Under the pieces are notes generated by a model. The model was not told where the DNA came from and did no database searches. It saw nothing but the letters and a program-made list of their open reading frames with translations. A program made the translations under genes and the position numbers. DNA of 31,645 nt, taken from the IMG/VR virus record IMGVR_UViG_3300045988_013781, one strand, 5' to 3'. Positions 17,858-25,961 of the stretch are shown piece by piece; position 1 is the first letter of the stretch, and the number at the start of each line of letters is the position of its first letter. Origin of the DNA: a virus (lineage: Duplodnaviria > Heunggongvirae > Uroviricota > Caudoviricetes).

Positions 17858-18682
17858 ATGTTCGAATCGTTCAAAGAGCTGTTTTTATCTACTGCCAATA
17901 CTGCCGTGCATCGAGCTAAAAACCCTGTGCTAGGTGCTTTTGTTATGTCCTGGTGCGCCTTCAACTGGAAATCACTTCTTTATCTATTTTTTAGCAAATC
18001 AAATATAATAGATAAAATTTCATACATCTCAGATAACAGCACATGGAAAACTGTTATGTTTTATCCATGCTTATCTGTAATTACTATCTGCTGCCTATTA
18101 CCATGGGTAAACAATATCATTAACGTATGGCAAGCAAAGCCTCTTGATAATAATGACTCAATCGAAAATCACCGGAAGGCAAGAAAAATACAACGTGAAA
18201 CACGGCTACAGAGATTGCTGGCTAAAAAAGACATTACTTACGAAAAAGTAAAAACAGGCGCTGAAAAAAACATTCAAGACATGAAAGAGGAAATAATTCT
18301 TTCAAAAGACAGAATGGGACAACTCACATCTGAATTGAAAGAGAGGGAGACAGAACTGCGCGCAGCACAAGCTCGTATTTTAGAATTATCTAAGGTTATT
18401 CATGAAACAACATCTAAACTAGAAAATCTAGAAAAAGCCCACAAAAATTTAAAAAACGAATATGAGTCCTATAAGAAAAACATTCCTTTGGCAACAAATA
18501 ATACAATTGCTAATGGGTTTGTAGGTCTAAAATCATTACAAGACCTTAATGAGTCCGTAAAGAAACTTGGCGTTACTGGAATTAACAATCCAGAAATCAG
18601 TACATTATTGAATAATCCTCTAGTAAATATAAATGGTGGTTTAAATTCCACCCATCAAAGAAAATCAAAAACACAAAAGTAA
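17858..18682 (+). CDS. AT-rich membrane-anchored coiled-coil protein of unknown function (candidate superinfection-exclusion or abortive-infection-type moron)
   Basis: ATG at 17858 with an AAGG RBS 8 nt upstream; alternative ATG at 17834. Two hydrophobic segments (PVLGAFVMSWCAFNWKSLLYLFF and VMFYPCLSVITICCLLPWVNNIINVW) are followed by a heptad-rich charged region (KEEIILSKDRMGQLTSELKERETELRAAQARILELSKVIHETTSKLENLEKAHKNLKNEYESYKK). Opposite strand to, and much more AT-rich than, the flanking phage genes. Uses AGA/AGG Arg codons. Confidence 0.6.
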   Translation: MFESFKELFLSTANTAVHRAKNPVLGAFVMSWCAFNWKSLLYLFFSKSNIIDKISYISDNSTWKTVMFYPCLSVITICCLLPWVNNIINVWQAKPLDNNDSIENHRKARKIQRETRLQRLLAKKDITYEKVKTGAEKNIQDMKEEIILSKDRMGQLTSELKERETELRAAQARILELSKVIHETTSKLENLEKAHKNLKNEYESYKKNIPLATNNTIANGFVGLKSLQDLNESVKKLGVTGINNPEISTLLNNPLVNINGGLNSTHQRKSKTQK

Positions 18683-18685
18683 AAA

Positions 18686-20155
18686 TCATTCAAATGGGTC
18701 ATAGTCTGTTATAGCCCTGCCCTGCTGCTGCCGTGGGTCATTAGTTTTCTTGGCTACCGGGAACGCAAACGTCAGCAGTAGCGCATCGCCTTTACCCGGC
18801 GAACGCCCAAGCCGCTCCTTGATATCTTCCTTCGGTTCGATAACGATTTTACCGTCCACTCGAACTTTGTACTCTGCCGCCGACAGGTCGTCTGCTGTTT
18901 CCTGGTCATCCAGCATGCCGCCCAGCCTCAGCCATGTCTTGCATGAATTGAACATCTCCCCACGCTTGTTGAGCATCTGCGGGTCAGTAGACGCGCCACC
19001 GAACGGAACAAGTTGCCATGTACGACCCCATCCGTCACCGATTGACTTCAGACCGGTTCCGTAACCGAAGTCGATGAACACCGCGTCAGCCTGATACTGG
19101 TCTTCAAAGTCAGCGATACGCTTCGCCATAATCAGATCGTCGGTAGTCTTGTTGCCAGTCCACAGCACCTTACTGTGTAGCCCCTGCCGCAGGTATATCA
19201 CCGCGTCATCAACGCCTGAATATGCCGGGTCAACACCGATTATCACCGGAGCATGCGCCACCTGCGCAGCGGTTACCACCCGTTTCATTGCCTCATCAGT
19301 AAGACCGGTAGGGATAAACTGCAATTCAGATGCATCAGGGAATATGCCGCGCACACGGATTTTAACGAAGTCGCTGTCTTCCCCGTAGTCATCAACCCAT
19401 TTCTGCAACTGCTGTTTGTTAGTGCCTTCCACCGTCCGGCTGTCAATCTGCGCAGTTTTCCAGCGGTGTTTATATTTGCGGAAACATTCGCGGAAACGCC
19501 CGGTGTTACGTGTAGGGTTTCCGAATGCCACCCAGATAATCTCAGTGTCTTCGTCCGTCAGCGCACCCTCTGCTACCTCCCACACCAGATCGGCAATGTT
19601 GGATGCTTCGTCGAATACCACGATGATGCGTTTGCGCTCGTTGTGTAGTCCGGCGAATGCCTCAGTGTTGTGCTCAGACCAGGGGATTGCGTCAGCTCGC
19701 CACCGCTTGTCGTGCCCAGGGTCATTGCTGTACATCGCGGTAGCGGTACAGGTAAACCAGTCTTTCGTGATAGCAAGGTTCGACCACTTGATAATTTCCG
19801 GCCAGGTCTTCGTTCGTAGCTGGTTGTCGGTGTTGGCGGTCACCACGACCTTACAATCCTCGCAAGTGGACATGCCCCAGTTGATCAGCATTGAGATGAA
19901 TGCGGATTTACCAATACCGTGACCCGAAGCGCGTGCCAGCATAAGCGGCTGATAGCGCGTCTCTGGATTCTGCAGGTGATCACGTATCTCTCGGAACGCA
20001 TCAGCCTGCCACTGACGTGGGCCGGTAGCATGTGCCAGTTCAGTCCCCTCTTCCCCCCACGGGAACGCATAGAGGGCATAGCCAAGCGGATCGTGAGTGA
20101 ACCCTGCAATATCCTCGATCAACTGCTCTTCAGGAGATAACGCTGTATCTGTCAC
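18686..20155 (-). CDS. Terminase large subunit
   Basis: 489 aa. Walker A-like SGHGIGKSAF, Walker B-like IIVVFDEAS, and a C-terminal nuclease-like segment VIIGVDPAYSGVDDA. Confidence 0.85.
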   Translation of the reverse strand: MTDTALSPEEQLIEDIAGFTHDPLGYALYAFPWGEEGTELAHATGPRQWQADAFREIRDHLQNPETRYQPLMLARASGHGIGKSAFISMLINWGMSTCEDCKVVVTANTDNQLRTKTWPEIIKWSNLAITKDWFTCTATAMYSNDPGHDKRWRADAIPWSEHNTEAFAGLHNERKRIIVVFDEASNIADLVWEVAEGALTDEDTEIIWVAFGNPTRNTGRFRECFRKYKHRWKTAQIDSRTVEGTNKQQLQKWVDDYGEDSDFVKIRVRGIFPDASELQFIPTGLTDEAMKRVVTAAQVAHAPVIIGVDPAYSGVDDAVIYLRQGLHSKVLWTGNKTTDDLIMAKRIADFEDQYQADAVFIDFGYGTGLKSIGDGWGRTWQLVPFGGASTDPQMLNKRGEMFNSCKTWLRLGGMLDDQETADDLSAAEYKVRVDGKIVIEPKEDIKERLGRSPGKGDALLLTFAFPVAKKTNDPRQQQGRAITDYDPFE

Positions 20156-20748
20156 TGATTACCATCCTGACGTTCTTTGAGTCGCTTCCTGGCTGCCGCT
20201 ATGCGATCAGCAATTGTCACATTCACATTAACATCCAGGCGTTCTTTGAATGCGTTGACGTCGACGTGCTTACCAATCAGTTCGAGGTTCTTCACCTTGT
20301 CAGGCCATTTAATTTTTTTGAGGATTGTCTCTATCGAATCCTCGTTCATGTTCATGATGGTCGATGACAGATCAAAGCCACTAAGCGTAGTGCGCCAGAT
20401 TTTCGGCCACTCGCGGATTGGCTTAAGGCTCCCATCGTCGTTGAGGATATCAATCACGTCCATCTGGTCGATCTCCACCAGGCGCATGAGAACGTAATCG
20501 GCACTGACGCGCATTCGTTTGTTGCGCTCCTCCATCAACTCGGCAATCCGTTTTTGAATGCGTTCATCGCGCATCATGACACTGGCTTTAACTGCCGCTG
20601 TATTTGGGGAGAATCCTGCGTTAATCGCTGCCTGAGTCTGGTTTTCAGGCGTTTTGATGTATGACTGGCAATAAGCCTCCTGCATTGCGGTTAGTGGCTT
20701 AAATTGCGTTGATTTGCGTTTATAGGTTTTAGGTTCAGCAGGCATCAT
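20152..20748 (-). CDS. Terminase small subunit
   Basis: Translation from the ATG at 20746-20748 (RBS AGGGTGG). KPLTAMQEAYCQSYIKTPENQTQAAINAGFSPNTAAVKASVMMRD matches the small-terminase N-terminal DNA-binding signature as recalled. The longer track ORF to 20826 would translate a terminator hairpin and an operator array. Confidence 0.8.
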   Translation of the reverse strand: MMPAEPKTYKRKSTQFKPLTAMQEAYCQSYIKTPENQTQAAINAGFSPNTAAVKASVMMRDERIQKRIAELMEERNKRMRVSADYVLMRLVEIDQMDVIDILNDDGSLKPIREWPKIWRTTLSGFDLSSTIMNMNEDSIETILKKIKWPDKVKNLELIGKHVDVNAFKERLDVNVNVTIADRIAAARKRLKERQDGNQ

Positions 20749-20758
20749 AACCACCCTG

Positions 20759-20787
20759 GTAATTGTTACCGTTGTGGTAATAGTACC
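20759..20787. promoter_or_regulatory. Operator-like array GGTAA-ttg-TTACC-gttgt-GGTAA-tag-TACC in front of the late (terminase) operon
   Basis: Contains a perfect TTACC-N5-GGTAA (20766-20780) with flanking half-sites, 20-40 bp upstream of the terS start. Confidence 0.5.
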
Positions 20788-20790
20788 ATG

Positions 20791-20817
20791 CAAAATAAAG
20801 CCGCCATAGTTGGCGGC
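20791..20817 (-). terminator. Rho-independent terminator upstream of terS (minus strand)
   Basis: Minus-strand RNA: GCCGCCA-ACUA-UGGCGGC followed by UUUAUUUUG. Confidence 0.6.
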
Positions 20818-20866
20818 AGTATTCAAAACCCATCAAATTCATCATGCATAATCTACTCGTGACATG

Positions 20867-21205
20867 TCACACTATTAATTTAGTTTCATGCCAGCCTTTA
20901 GTCACCCAGCATTGCGAGTCACCATTACACGGGCATGAATTAACGGGAACTTTCTCGCCGCACTTACCGCAACGTTTTCTGCTAATCGATTTTATACGCC
21001 CGCGCACGCGTGCATCATCCTGGCGGATCAGTAACGCTATATACTCCCCAAATTCGTAAGGCGCACGCCCGGGGCGACGCGTGGCACAGTTACGCTCCAG
21101 CATTTCAATTTCCTGAGCATCAAGCACAATCTCCAGCTTACGCACACCAGATGCAGCTTGTCTGGCTCTCTGAGCGGCTTTGCGCTCTGATGCTGATTTA
21201 GCCAT
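20867..21205 (-). CDS. Small DNA-binding-like protein: putative ribbon-helix-helix N-terminus plus Cys-rich zinc-ribbon C-terminus
   Basis: 112 aa. N-terminal basic segment then RKLEIVLDAQEIEMLE (strand-helix pattern). C-terminus CGKCGEK...CPCNGDSQC. Last gene before the terminator and late-operon start. Confidence 0.45.
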   Translation of the reverse strand: MAKSASERKAAQRARQAASGVRKLEIVLDAQEIEMLERNCATRRPGRAPYEFGEYIALLIRQDDARVRGRIKSISRKRCGKCGEKVPVNSCPCNGDSQCWVTKGWHETKLIV

Positions 21206-21551
21206 TCTGATTTTCCTGCATCATGAGAAATACAATCATGGCGGCTCGGAGTGGATTATTCGCATGAAAGCAAATGTTCTCGGCATTAAAAACAGCTGAC
21301 CACTCACCGCGAGATTGGTGGCAGGTTAGACTGATTTTATTATCAACAATAATAGGCCATGCATCCGATGGATTATTGCAGTAGTCAGGTAAAGGGTTTA
21401 ATGGCTCAAAAGTTGTATCAGTATTTCCGTAATACCATTTGTTGGTGTTATTCCCTGATGTTTCCGGTTTACACGCCCAAAGGCCTTTAAAAATTATGTC
21501 TCCTACCATTCTGTTAATTTCAAAATCACTTAACTGTGAATAGTCCATCAC
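21198..21551 (-). CDS. Phage protein, DUF2591/NinX-like (tentative)
   Basis: 117 aa. The N-terminus MMDYSQLSDFEINRMVG resembles a family common in lambdoid prophages, from memory. Confidence 0.4.
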   Translation of the reverse strand: MMDYSQLSDFEINRMVGDIIFKGLWACKPETSGNNTNKWYYGNTDTTFEPLNPLPDYCNNPSDAWPIIVDNKISLTCHQSRGEWSAVFNAENICFHANNPLRAAMIVFLMMQENQNG

Positions 21552-22663
21552 TTCACCTCCTGCGGCGGCTCTGGTAGCGGCATCCAGTGAGTTACGTCAT
21601 CCAAGATATTTCCTGATAAATACGTGAAAGCTCTATATTTTTTGTAATCAATTGGATTTACAACCCAGTTCCAATATGCTGCCACGATTTCACCTTGACT
21701 AAATGCCAGTAACATTTTGGTGTCTTCCGGCATTAGATCACTACAGCTTATCCAACCATCCGGAGTTACCGGATAGTTGCCATTTACATCGAAGTTTGGC
21801 TCTGCGTCCTGAACCAGGAGGATGTAACCATTCTTGGCCGTATCAAGTTCTAACGCCTCAGTGACGGTGCCGAAATAGCGATTACCTAAATCAGCATCAC
21901 AAGTGCTTACATCAATGGAAACTTCCATGCCTTCGATTAATTCTGCCAAGTTGTAAGCTTGGCTTACAGGTTCGGCTTCCAGTTCTGCTATGCGCTTATT
22001 TGCTGCTTCCAGCTCAACACGCAGCTTCCCTACCGTTAGCGCAATTTCCTCGTTCTCCTGGTCGCGGCGTTTGATGTATTGCTGGTTTCTTTCCCGTTCA
22101 TCCAGAAGCGCCAGCACAGTAGCCGGATTGGCTGCGGCGATGAATTCAGCATTGGCCTGCTGTTCAGTTTGGAAATCTTCATCGAAACCGCTTTCAGGAT
22201 GCGCTCCTTCAATTCTGCAAATGGGAATATATCCAGCAACTTCACGATGAATTAGCGCATCATCACCATCAAATCGGCCCTTTCCATATTCGAGCGACCA
22301 CTCACCACACGTTGCTTTTTCTGCCTTAGCACGCAGTGCCTGATAATCATCTTGCTCCCTGGTTGCCTCCTTTGCTGGGCTTTCTAACTTCTGAGTGGTT
22401 GTATCAAAATCAAACAACTTAACCACGTCATCAAACAGGACATAATCGCCATCAGAATCTTCAGTCATGTCAGCGCCACAATCCTGACCGCACGAGTCGC
22501 AACCTTCCATATCAAGCTCGTATCGCTTCAGGTTTGCGATATTTGATAAATTCAGCGCCAGTACAGCCAGGTCATAAACCTCTTCGGCGGTATACCCTGC
22601 ACCATGCCCATACATTTCAATGCGGGATATGATTTCTTCTACCCGTTGTTTTGTGATCGTCAT
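21548..22663 (-). CDS. Ead/Ea22-like protein with C-terminal DUF551-like domain
   Basis: 371 aa. CGEWSLEYGKGRFDGDDALIH and ANAEFIAAANPATVLALLDE (Ea22-like), an AELEAANKRIAELEAE coiled coil, and a C-terminal W...THWMPLPEPP (DUF551-like). Confidence 0.6.
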   Translation of the reverse strand: MTITKQRVEEIISRIEMYGHGAGYTAEEVYDLAVLALNLSNIANLKRYELDMEGCDSCGQDCGADMTEDSDGDYVLFDDVVKLFDFDTTTQKLESPAKEATREQDDYQALRAKAEKATCGEWSLEYGKGRFDGDDALIHREVAGYIPICRIEGAHPESGFDEDFQTEQQANAEFIAAANPATVLALLDERERNQQYIKRRDQENEEIALTVGKLRVELEAANKRIAELEAEPVSQAYNLAELIEGMEVSIDVSTCDADLGNRYFGTVTEALELDTAKNGYILLVQDAEPNFDVNGNYPVTPDGWISCSDLMPEDTKMLLAFSQGEIVAAYWNWVVNPIDYKKYRAFTYLSGNILDDVTHWMPLPEPPQEVK

Positions 22664-23133
22664 TTTTGCTCACCACTCTGTTCTTCCAGAAAAATACGCA
22701 TAGCCTCAAGCATCTCTTCGGTGTCATACGGAGACAGCTTGTCACGCAGGATGTGTTCAATGCTGTTAATGAACTTTCGGATTGCTTTGCGTTCAATTTC
22801 AGTCAGGAAAGCATCGGTGGCTGGAATGGGCTTTTGTGGTGATATAGCAATGCGAATTGTCTCAAGGTCTGGATCTGTTTCCGCTGCTGGCACCTTGATA
22901 TAACCCATCTGCACCCCATTCATGATGAATCTGCGACGGTCATCACATATCGCCTTCAGCCCCGCATTCTCCGCCGCCAGCGCATTAGCACGCGCCAGTT
23001 GCACTTCCAGTTGCGTTGCCAAATCGCTGAGCAGCTTTGCCACACTACGCATATCAACGGCACCACATTCTGCTTTCAGTTCCGAAGCCATCTCATGCCC
23101 GGCGGCAACTAACTCTTTGATATTACTTTCCAT
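22660..23133 (-). CDS. Hypothetical protein
   Basis: 157 aa helical ORF translationally coupled to the Ea22-like gene. Confidence 0.4.
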   Translation of the reverse strand: MESNIKELVAAGHEMASELKAECGAVDMRSVAKLLSDLATQLEVQLARANALAAENAGLKAICDDRRRFIMNGVQMGYIKVPAAETDPDLETIRIAISPQKPIPATDAFLTEIERKAIRKFINSIEHILRDKLSPYDTEEMLEAMRIFLEEQSGEQK

Positions 23134-23194
23134 CTTTACCCTCGTTTATCCACATAACTTATTGATTACATTGATAACTAAAAAGATCGTCGAT

Positions 23195-23539
23195 TCAGAA
23201 CTCTTCGATGTTCCAGCCACCACCTGCTTTCTTTGGCTTAACCGTTACCCCGATGATTCGGAACGGATACTGATCTGCGGCGACTTTGGTTTTCACCCTG
23301 GCGTCGTCGGTCCAGAAACCTTTCACTTCGTGCAGTTCCATCTCGCCGGTGGCGAGCATCACAGCAAAATCTGGCGTATAGAACGTGTTGTCAGCTAACC
23401 GCAGCTTGATACCCTCGAATCGATACCATGCGATTTCCCCTGCACGTTTACGCAGCTCAAGGTGCTGGCAATACGCAGATTCTGTTTTGTTCATCTGGCC
23501 TGTTTTGAGCCGACCAAGAGCCTGTATCTGTTTTCTCAT
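23195..23539 (-). CDS. DUF1064-family phage protein (putative nuclease-like)
   Basis: 114 aa. The pattern ESAYCQHLELRKRAGEI...YTPDF...HEVKG matches the DUF1064 family as recalled. Confidence 0.5.
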   Translation of the reverse strand: MRKQIQALGRLKTGQMNKTESAYCQHLELRKRAGEIAWYRFEGIKLRLADNTFYTPDFAVMLATGEMELHEVKGFWTDDARVKTKVAADQYPFRIIGVTVKPKKAGGGWNIEEF

Positions 23540-23542
23540 GAT

Positions 23543-23619
23543 TTACCCCTTAGGTAATTAAAAACCACATAAGACATGAAATCAATAGACGTTAGAACAT
23601 TTTATTACCCACTAGGTAA
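23543..23619. promoter_or_regulatory. Two tandem operator-like palindromes (TTACC-cctta-GGTAA at 23543-23557; TTACC-cacta-GGTAA at 23605-23619)
   Basis: Two perfect copies 62 bp apart, between the terminator after the P gene and the start of the DUF1064 gene. Confidence 0.5.
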
Positions 23620-23631
23620 TTACGTGGGCGT

Positions 23632-23651
23632 AAAAAAATGCGCTATCGCGC
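23632..23651 (-). terminator. Terminator-like hairpin plus U7 after the replication genes
   Basis: Minus-strand RNA: GCGC-GAUA-GCGC followed by AUUUUUUUAC, directly after the P stop. The stem is short (4 bp), so this is a weak call. Confidence 0.4.
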
Positions 23652-23656
23652 TGGTA

Positions 23657-24433
23657 TTACTTGATAAATCCTGCCGCCTTTCCCCGCCTGTATTCCTCCA
23701 TCAGCCACTGCGCCGGTGTTATTCCCCCAAGGGTGGCGGCGTTAGGCATGCACCCGAAACTTCGCCCTGGTGGATGGTAAACGTCTCTCCCTGTGTCCGG
23801 AGGCGTACTCATGGGTTCTGGCTTTGCCTGTATGCTGATCACCGGATCGGGTATCTGCTGTCCGGAAGCCACCTTTTTCGCCCAATCATCGAGCAGCCTG
23901 CGCGCGTGTTTCTCAACCTCAATCTCGCTAAGCTGGCGCTGATACATTGCACGGCGGGTATCACATACGACCCAGTACATAACCGGGTGCCGCCACGGGA
24001 ATCTTTCGGGACCACCAGGATATAAACTTTTTTCCTTGCTGTACCGGTGAAACTCCGCCATCACATCGTCAATGGTGACGCCAAGAACCATCTTGCTGTC
24101 TTTACACCACTTGATGAATTGCCCTGGCGACGGCCAGAACGGAGACTCACTGGCGCGGGCGTGGCGCATACCAGCGTTAACCTGTTCCATTGTAGTGATC
24201 CCATTCTCCAGAAACGCAAGCATCCATTGCTTACGGAATTCATTAAGTTTGTTCTGCTCCCTTATGGTCGAAACGCTTGCGGGAAATGCAGCCTGTAACT
24301 GGACAAATAGTTCATTGAAAATTCTAGCGACCTGCTCCTTTTTGCCATTGCTGTCACGCCGCTCTTCATGCACAGCAACACCATGCTCACGTAAGCGATC
24401 GTACTCATTGAGAAGTTCTGGAGTTGATTTCAT
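23657..24433 (-). CDS. Replication protein P-like (helicase loader)
   Basis: 258 aa. FPASVSTIREQNKLNEFRKQWMLAFLENGITTMEQVNAGMRHARASESPFWPSPGQFIKWCKD closely parallels the lambda P motif ...FPASLANRDQNEVNEIRRQWVLAFRENGITTMEQVNAGMRVARRQNRPFLPSPGQFVAWCRE (recalled). Confidence 0.8.
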   Translation of the reverse strand: MKSTPELLNEYDRLREHGVAVHEERRDSNGKKEQVARIFNELFVQLQAAFPASVSTIREQNKLNEFRKQWMLAFLENGITTMEQVNAGMRHARASESPFWPSPGQFIKWCKDSKMVLGVTIDDVMAEFHRYSKEKSLYPGGPERFPWRHPVMYWVVCDTRRAMYQRQLSEIEVEKHARRLLDDWAKKVASGQQIPDPVISIQAKPEPMSTPPDTGRDVYHPPGRSFGCMPNAATLGGITPAQWLMEEYRRGKAAGFIK

Positions 24434-25235
24434 CCCACACCCCTTCTATCCAGTCAGTGTTATTCCAGTCAAGCTCATCGCTTTTCCCGGCGTTTTTTGA
24501 TTTTCCCCTGATATGATTTACGTGCCTGGCGAATTTTTGTTCCCACTGAACCTGCGTGAACACTTTGCCCTCAGCCATCCAGTAATCCCGGAATGCAGCA
24601 AGTTCAGCAGGTGTAAATTCCGGTTCCGGCAGGGCCGTTCCCCACAGCGCAGCACGCCGTCGAAAATCCGGCGACGGATGCCAGCCATCGGTCATCGGAA
24701 ATTTCCCGATGGGTTCACTCAGGCCATCCAGAAATTCAGGTTCAGCCACCTGCAACGGCATACCGTTCGCTTCACTGGTCGGAGCACCCTCGCGCACGTG
24801 CGCTATGTGTGGGGTTTTATATATATCTTCCTCTTCCTCTTCCTCTGGTAACTCCTTTTGTAACGCTGTTGGCGTTACTTTTTGCGTTACTCGTTTTCGA
24901 TGCTCTGCCACTCTTCTATTCGTAAGTGCACGTTTTTTCGATGATTCTCCATTGTGTCGCTCAAAGTTTGGAAGAATTAGTTTGCCGTCATGATAAGCAA
25001 GCCATCCGACGCTAATGAGGGCGTCAGCAAATCCTGTAATAAAAGCGAGTCTATCAAGTACTCCTTTTGTAACGCTGCCAGCGTTACCGTCTATTGTTTG
25101 CTGGTCAGCCCATGCCCATATACGAACCAGCTTTCCAAGAACAGCATCTGGATCAATACCCAGAATTTCTGCTATCTGAAAAATTTCAGGTTTATCAGGA
25201 GTGATAACTTCAACCTTAATCCAGCTGCTTGCCAT
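24405..25235 (-). CDS. Replication initiator O-like protein (replisome organiser, DnaT-like C-terminus)
   Basis: ATG at 25233-25235 with a GAGGGG RBS. Immediately upstream of, and overlapping, the P-like gene. Acidic EEEEEE linker between an N-terminal domain and a C-terminal domain. Confidence 0.6.
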   Translation of the reverse strand: MASSWIKVEVITPDKPEIFQIAEILGIDPDAVLGKLVRIWAWADQQTIDGNAGSVTKGVLDRLAFITGFADALISVGWLAYHDGKLILPNFERHNGESSKKRALTNRRVAEHRKRVTQKVTPTALQKELPEEEEEEDIYKTPHIAHVREGAPTSEANGMPLQVAEPEFLDGLSEPIGKFPMTDGWHPSPDFRRRAALWGTALPEPEFTPAELAAFRDYWMAEGKVFTQVQWEQKFARHVNHIRGKSKNAGKSDELDWNNTDWIEGVWDEINSRTSQ

Positions 25236-25428
25236 AGGTTTCCCCTCTTGCACTCTTTAGTGCACAAGCAAATTCATTACGATGGCGGTTGGCGCTATTC
25301 ATTGCACATTCAACACATGTTCCGTTCAGAACATACCTTTCAGAGAGATGGCCGTGACGGCACCGCTTTCCTGTGAAATAGCGATTTAACCCGGCTTTTG
25401 CGGCCTCCATTCTGGTTACTATCTTCAA
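25216..25428 (-). CDS. Small Cys/His-rich protein at the cII position
   Basis: 70 aa from a TTG start; alternative ATG at 25410. Contains C-x-H-G-H ... C-x-x-C. Lies between the tR1-like terminator and the O-like gene. Confidence 0.4.
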   Translation of the reverse strand: MKIVTRMEAAKAGLNRYFTGKRCRHGHLSERYVLNGTCVECAMNSANRHRNEFACALKSARGETYGKQLD

Positions 25429-25506
25429 TTTTTCCGCCTCTTTTTGTTATTGATATTGGCTATTTTGCACAATTGGAAAATTTGATCAACCAGATTTGGT
25501 TTTTTA

Positions 25507-25521
25507 TTACCTTTGAGGTAC
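25507..25521. promoter_or_regulatory. Near-operator site TTACC-tttga-GGTAc
   Basis: One mismatch to the palindrome. Located just beyond the terminator that follows the Cro-like gene. Confidence 0.35.
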
Positions 25522-25555
25522 GAATAGATATGAAAAGACCGCCGGGTGGCGGTCT
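25521..25555 (-). terminator. tR1-like terminator after the Cro-like gene
   Basis: Minus-strand RNA: AGACCGCC-ACCC-GGCGGUCU followed by UUUCAUAUCUAUU. The U-tract is interrupted. Confidence 0.5.
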
Positions 25556-25576
25556 ACAGAGGGTTGTGGCTGGATA

Positions 25577-25807
25577 TCATGAGTAGAAGAAGTATGCCAG
25601 TTCTGCTTTTGAGCGCAGCCATTGTCTTGATTTACAGGCTTTAAAAAGCCCATCCATCAATACCTTACCTGGCATTTTGCGCTTACCTGTTAAGTGAGTC
25701 TGGATATAGTGACTCGTCGTTCCGGCTTCCTGTGCGAAGGCTTCACGCTCATCCGGAGTAAGTGCAAGCCAGTGCTTTTTGAAATCGAAATGTCCGTTAT
25801 CGCTCAT
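25577..25807 (-). CDS. Cro-like small HTH regulator
   Basis: 76 aa, divergent from the repressor gene. Helix-turn-helix-like segment AQEAGTTSHYIQTHLTGKR. First gene of the minus-strand early operon. Confidence 0.6.
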   Translation of the reverse strand: MSDNGHFDFKKHWLALTPDEREAFAQEAGTTSHYIQTHLTGKRKMPGKVLMDGLFKACKSRQWLRSKAELAYFFYS

Positions 25808-25843
25808 AGCTATTGCCTGATATTTATTTCAGATAATAAATAT

Positions 25844-25906
25844 TCACCTATAAGGTAACAAAAATCAAGGATAGTTACCCATGAGGTGCATTTACCTGTT
25901 GGGTAA
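25844..25906. promoter_or_regulatory. OR-like tripartite operator region between the Cro-like and repressor genes
   Basis: Three sites at roughly 24-30 bp spacing: TcACC-tataa-GGTAA (25844-25858), TTACC-catga-GGTGc (25875-25889), TTACC-tgttg-GGTAA (25892-25906). Confidence 0.65.
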
Positions 25907-25961
25907 TATTGCTTTAAATTGAATCATCTACTGATTCATATATGAGGCGATTTTCCAGAAA

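Noticed and set aside
20749..20826. Upstream extension of the terminase small subunit ORF to 20826 (MNTAANYGGFILHG...)
   Set aside because: The extension would translate the terminator hairpin and the operator array. An ATG with RBS at 20746-20748 gives a typical small-terminase N-terminus.
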